From positions 186,001 through 250,000 of the forward strand of contig JBLWGC010000036.1 in assembly GCA_048772705.1 (NCBI GenBank): DNA of 64,000 bases, read 5' to 3'. Shown here in pieces: positions 60,998 to 64,000 of this stretch (position 1 is its first letter; each line of letters opens with the position of its first letter). Position numbers and translations under genes: made by a program. The notes below the pieces were generated by a model, which did no database searches, was not told the DNA's origin, and worked only from the letters and a program-made list of their open reading frames with translations. The stretch is from Leidyana gryllorum EB-2025a. Its lineage: Eukaryota; Protista; Apicomplexa.

Positions 60998-63900
60998 TCA
61001 TAGGCTTTGCCGTACATATCGTCCTGTTCGCTCTGTGGTGCGAATGATTTCCCTACGTTGCGTCAGGTATGTCTTGGCACACCGATAAACTGCCTTACCG
61101 AGTAGTCTCGAAATCCATAAAGACTTGAGCGGCCCGTTGCAGCTGCTCCGGATCCAAAAATGTAGGTCGACCACGTTCGAGTTGTGTGTCCGGCTCTCCA
61201 TTCTCGTCCAAGTATGGCATGGGGGCAAAATTGCTTCTGTCACCCGATACATGGAGTAGAAAGCACAGGTAGGGGAGTACGAATAAGCCGTTGCCGTTTC
61301 CGCAGCGGCTAGCGTGTAAGGCTGTCTCTCCCAGTCCGACTAGCCGGAATTGTAGACATGTGACTGTTCCGCAGTTCAAACAAAGCGCTTGCTCGCACGG
61401 TGTTTGATGACACTGCCGCTGGGTTTGACATCAAAATCAATGATTAGACACCTTACCTCTGCACACCTGCGTTTATACTGATTACGCACGAGATCGTAAA
61501 AGGCGTGGGGCAAGAATGTCCCAATCGACAGATGTTCAACTTGATCTTGTCTTGACTTTGGTGGTCGATCGGGCAGCAGGTCTGAGACCTGTTGACCTTC
61601 CGGATACGAGCAGGGTGCTCGGAAACATGAACGACTCAAATTCTGCAAGTACAAGCGATGAAACACTCAGTGTGCCGTCTCCGGGACCTACCGTGATGGT
61701 GGGATTCAGTATGTCTTCGGTCCATAGGAGATTTACAATTTGGTGGAAGTTGGAAATGTAGTTGGGGTTGTCATGTGGAGGTAGACCCAAGGCAGATCGC
61801 AACGTATCACGATGTTTGGTTGTATTTTCGGTGGAGGGGTAGGCGAGGCGGTTGGACGCCACTTCGTTGAATTTCCAAATTGACGTGAGTGAAGCAGCGA
61901 CAAACTGCAGTAAGTCAATCTGGGCTGACGCTATGAGTGGACTGATGACAGAGCGGAATCGTTCGGCACTGCCTAACTTGGCGTCGTTGCCACCGCATCG
62001 CTCACAGATGGATGACCACAAAGTCTTCCAGTATGCCTCGGGTGAGAGTGTATTGAGTGCTGCAGCGGTGCGCACGTCTTCGTGCGCGGCGACAACATCA
62101 AACGGTTGCGGACATCTGTCGAGAAACTTGCTGACAGATTCCCAAATGTGTCCGCGATAAAAGTCTCCTTTGGGGCATAGGCTTCCCCACCTCTCATACC
62201 GCTCACCACCTGTGCTTTTCGCGTAGGGTGCGATCGCTTTCATCACTTTCGATTCGGGCCACTCCATAGCAACAGAGTGTAACTCTTCTACGCTTGTCCG
62301 ATATTCGAGCATATCGTTTTCACCGGCAGCTTCTCGGTACTTTACCAAACCGTCAGCTAATTTCTGAATCAGAGTGTCGTCACCTCGCAACATGGTGGAT
62401 GCACTCCGTTTCCGACTGTTTGGAACCACCTTTTCGCCGTCTGACATCATATTGGGTTCCTCCGCGACTCTGCGAAGGAGCAACTTGCGCCAGTCGAGCC
62501 AGTCGAGCTCGGCTGCTAGAGATCGGAGACTCGCATTAACTCCGCATGGGAGAACGGCGTGATCTTGAAGGCCAAAAATGGATAAGAAATCACAGATTAC
62601 GTCGTGTGAGAGTTGTTCCCGCTCCTCTCGTCGGCTTCGCAACAGCTGCTTCAGGTCTTGCATCACAGCAGTGTTGATGACCTGGGCCGTCGTCAAAGCG
62701 CACAACAACTCAATGACAGACTTCAAGCTATTCATGATCCAGGGCAAACGGCCAGTCAGAGGGGCAGTATTGAGTGGATTGCTGGATACATTTAGGGGAG
62801 CATCGGCCGATTGGCTCATTCCGACCTGACCCGTGGACGCAAAACTGGCCAGGAATATTCTGAGCCAGATGATCTTTGCATCAACAAACCACGGAGAATT
62901 GCCCAGAAGGTCATTGAAACTCCCGGTATTCGAGGAGTCTAACCATGAATGGGGATAAAGGAAAGCTCTCGGATTAGTCTCGATCAAAGTCTGCACCAAT
63001 GGCTTTGGTGGCGTCTTGATTATTGCGAGCCTCAACAACGATACAAATAGGGGTCGCGTGGCATCTGCTGACTGCAATTGGAGGAAACACAGCGGTTTGT
63101 ACCGCGCTACGCGCAGCAGTTCCTGATAACACCCATAAAAGAGCGGAGAGTCTCCAGCTTTCATCGCCGCATTTGCCCGCTCGGCAGCAATATCCCGCAC
63201 AACTTCGTCAGGCCATGCCAACCGTCGCCACGAAGCGGTCCACCTCCGCATCAGAGACCGTATGGCCTCGTGCACGGAGGTCGGAAGTCGGAAGGCCACT
63301 ACTTTCTGGGTAGTACGGGCCGCCCCGTCTTGGCTTCCCTCATTGTTGCGGGCCGATACCAAAGGAGAAGACGCAACGCTGGATGTCGCCAGCCGATTGA
63401 CTTCGTTCACAGTGTCGGCAGCAGCTGCAATCGCTGCAGTGGGCCCCCCGTCCATCGCAGCTCGCGCAGCAGCGTTGGTGACGGTTCGGGCGACCAACTC
63501 ATAAGCCGGAACTTCATGACCGGTTCGACCATCGCCCTCAAAGTTAAGAAGCTCTTCTCTCATACGTGCGAAACTGAGATCTCCCAAATAGTCATTCACC
63601 TCATCCTCGCTCAGATACGGGACGTTGTCATCCTCCAAAGACTCGGACGAGTCAGAGTCTTCCCTCGAAGATCCTTCAGACTCGCTCGAGTCGCCATTAT
63701 TAGTGTCATCGGGTGCTCCCACGGTGTTGGCTCCCTCATCAGCTGTCTCATTGTTCTGCGTATGATCGCCATCTTCTTCCTCCTCCTCGTCGTCGTCCTC
63801 TTCTTCCTCTTCGTCTTCAATTGCCTCAGCTGCGTACATCACAATGGGATTATCGGGGTGGTGCAGGACGATTCTGGCTACGAGATTGACATTGTCTTCT

Positions 63901-64000
63901 GCCTCCTGAGTCTCTGCAGCACCCTGCTCTCCCGGATTGTCCGCGACCGGCTCATAAATGAGGGCCAACCCGTTCTCTGCCCCGTCGACCGCGGGAGTCT
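60998..64000 (-). CDS. UBR1/2/3-type (N-degron) E3 ubiquitin ligase, C-terminal part, 5'-partial
   Basis: C-terminal exons contain LP..FYDL, NCGTVTC..HASRCGNGNGLF and PYLDENGEPD..LERGRP..L (PRT6/UBR C-terminal signature). Frame is open to the window edge. Confidence 0.8.

Noticed and set aside
1-64000. Frameshifted pseudogenes, recoding, transposons, rRNA or tRNA genes
   Set aside because: Frame breaks checked are explained by canonical short introns. No transposase, reverse transcriptase, rRNA or tRNA signatures were seen, and most short ORFs are antisense or alternate-frame shadows.

Overview
Eukaryotic, extremely gene-dense genomic DNA of roughly balanced GC content, with many short (mostly 40-55 nt) GT-AG introns. 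The ORF track therefore shows exon fragments, and I joined exons by hand. An alveolin/IMC gene and alveolate-type housekeeping genes point to an alveolate, probably apicomplexan-related (gregarine-like is an inference). About 30 protein genes fill almost the whole window: lipin, isochorismatase-like hydrolase, GNAT, alpha/beta hydrolase, citrate synthase, topoisomerase III, TCF25/Rqc1, shugoshin-like protein, MsrA, SPX-EXS, NAPRT, RecQ, HELQ-like helicase, DSP pseudophosphatase, TPS-TPP, filamin-repeat protein, alveolin, Nop53, Ytm1/WDR12, M17 aminopeptidase, 5'-nucleotidase-like surface protein, CDP-DAG synthase, TRIP4/ASC-1 and a partial UBR-type E3 ligase. Main observations: (1) a probable H/ACA guide-RNA cluster in the ~500-bp gap at 12.04-12.54 kb, where one 65-nt hairpin is duplicated and paired with different 3' hairpins, with a predicted LSU rRNA target; (2) TRIP4/ASC-1 apparently fused to a catalytically dead AlkB-like domain; (3) a shugoshin motif visible only after splicing; (4) intergenic gaps of 15-100 nt with A/T tracts and one CDS-CDS overlap; (5) several pseudoenzymes. 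No database searches were possible, so family calls rest on recognised motifs and exact gene boundaries are approximate.
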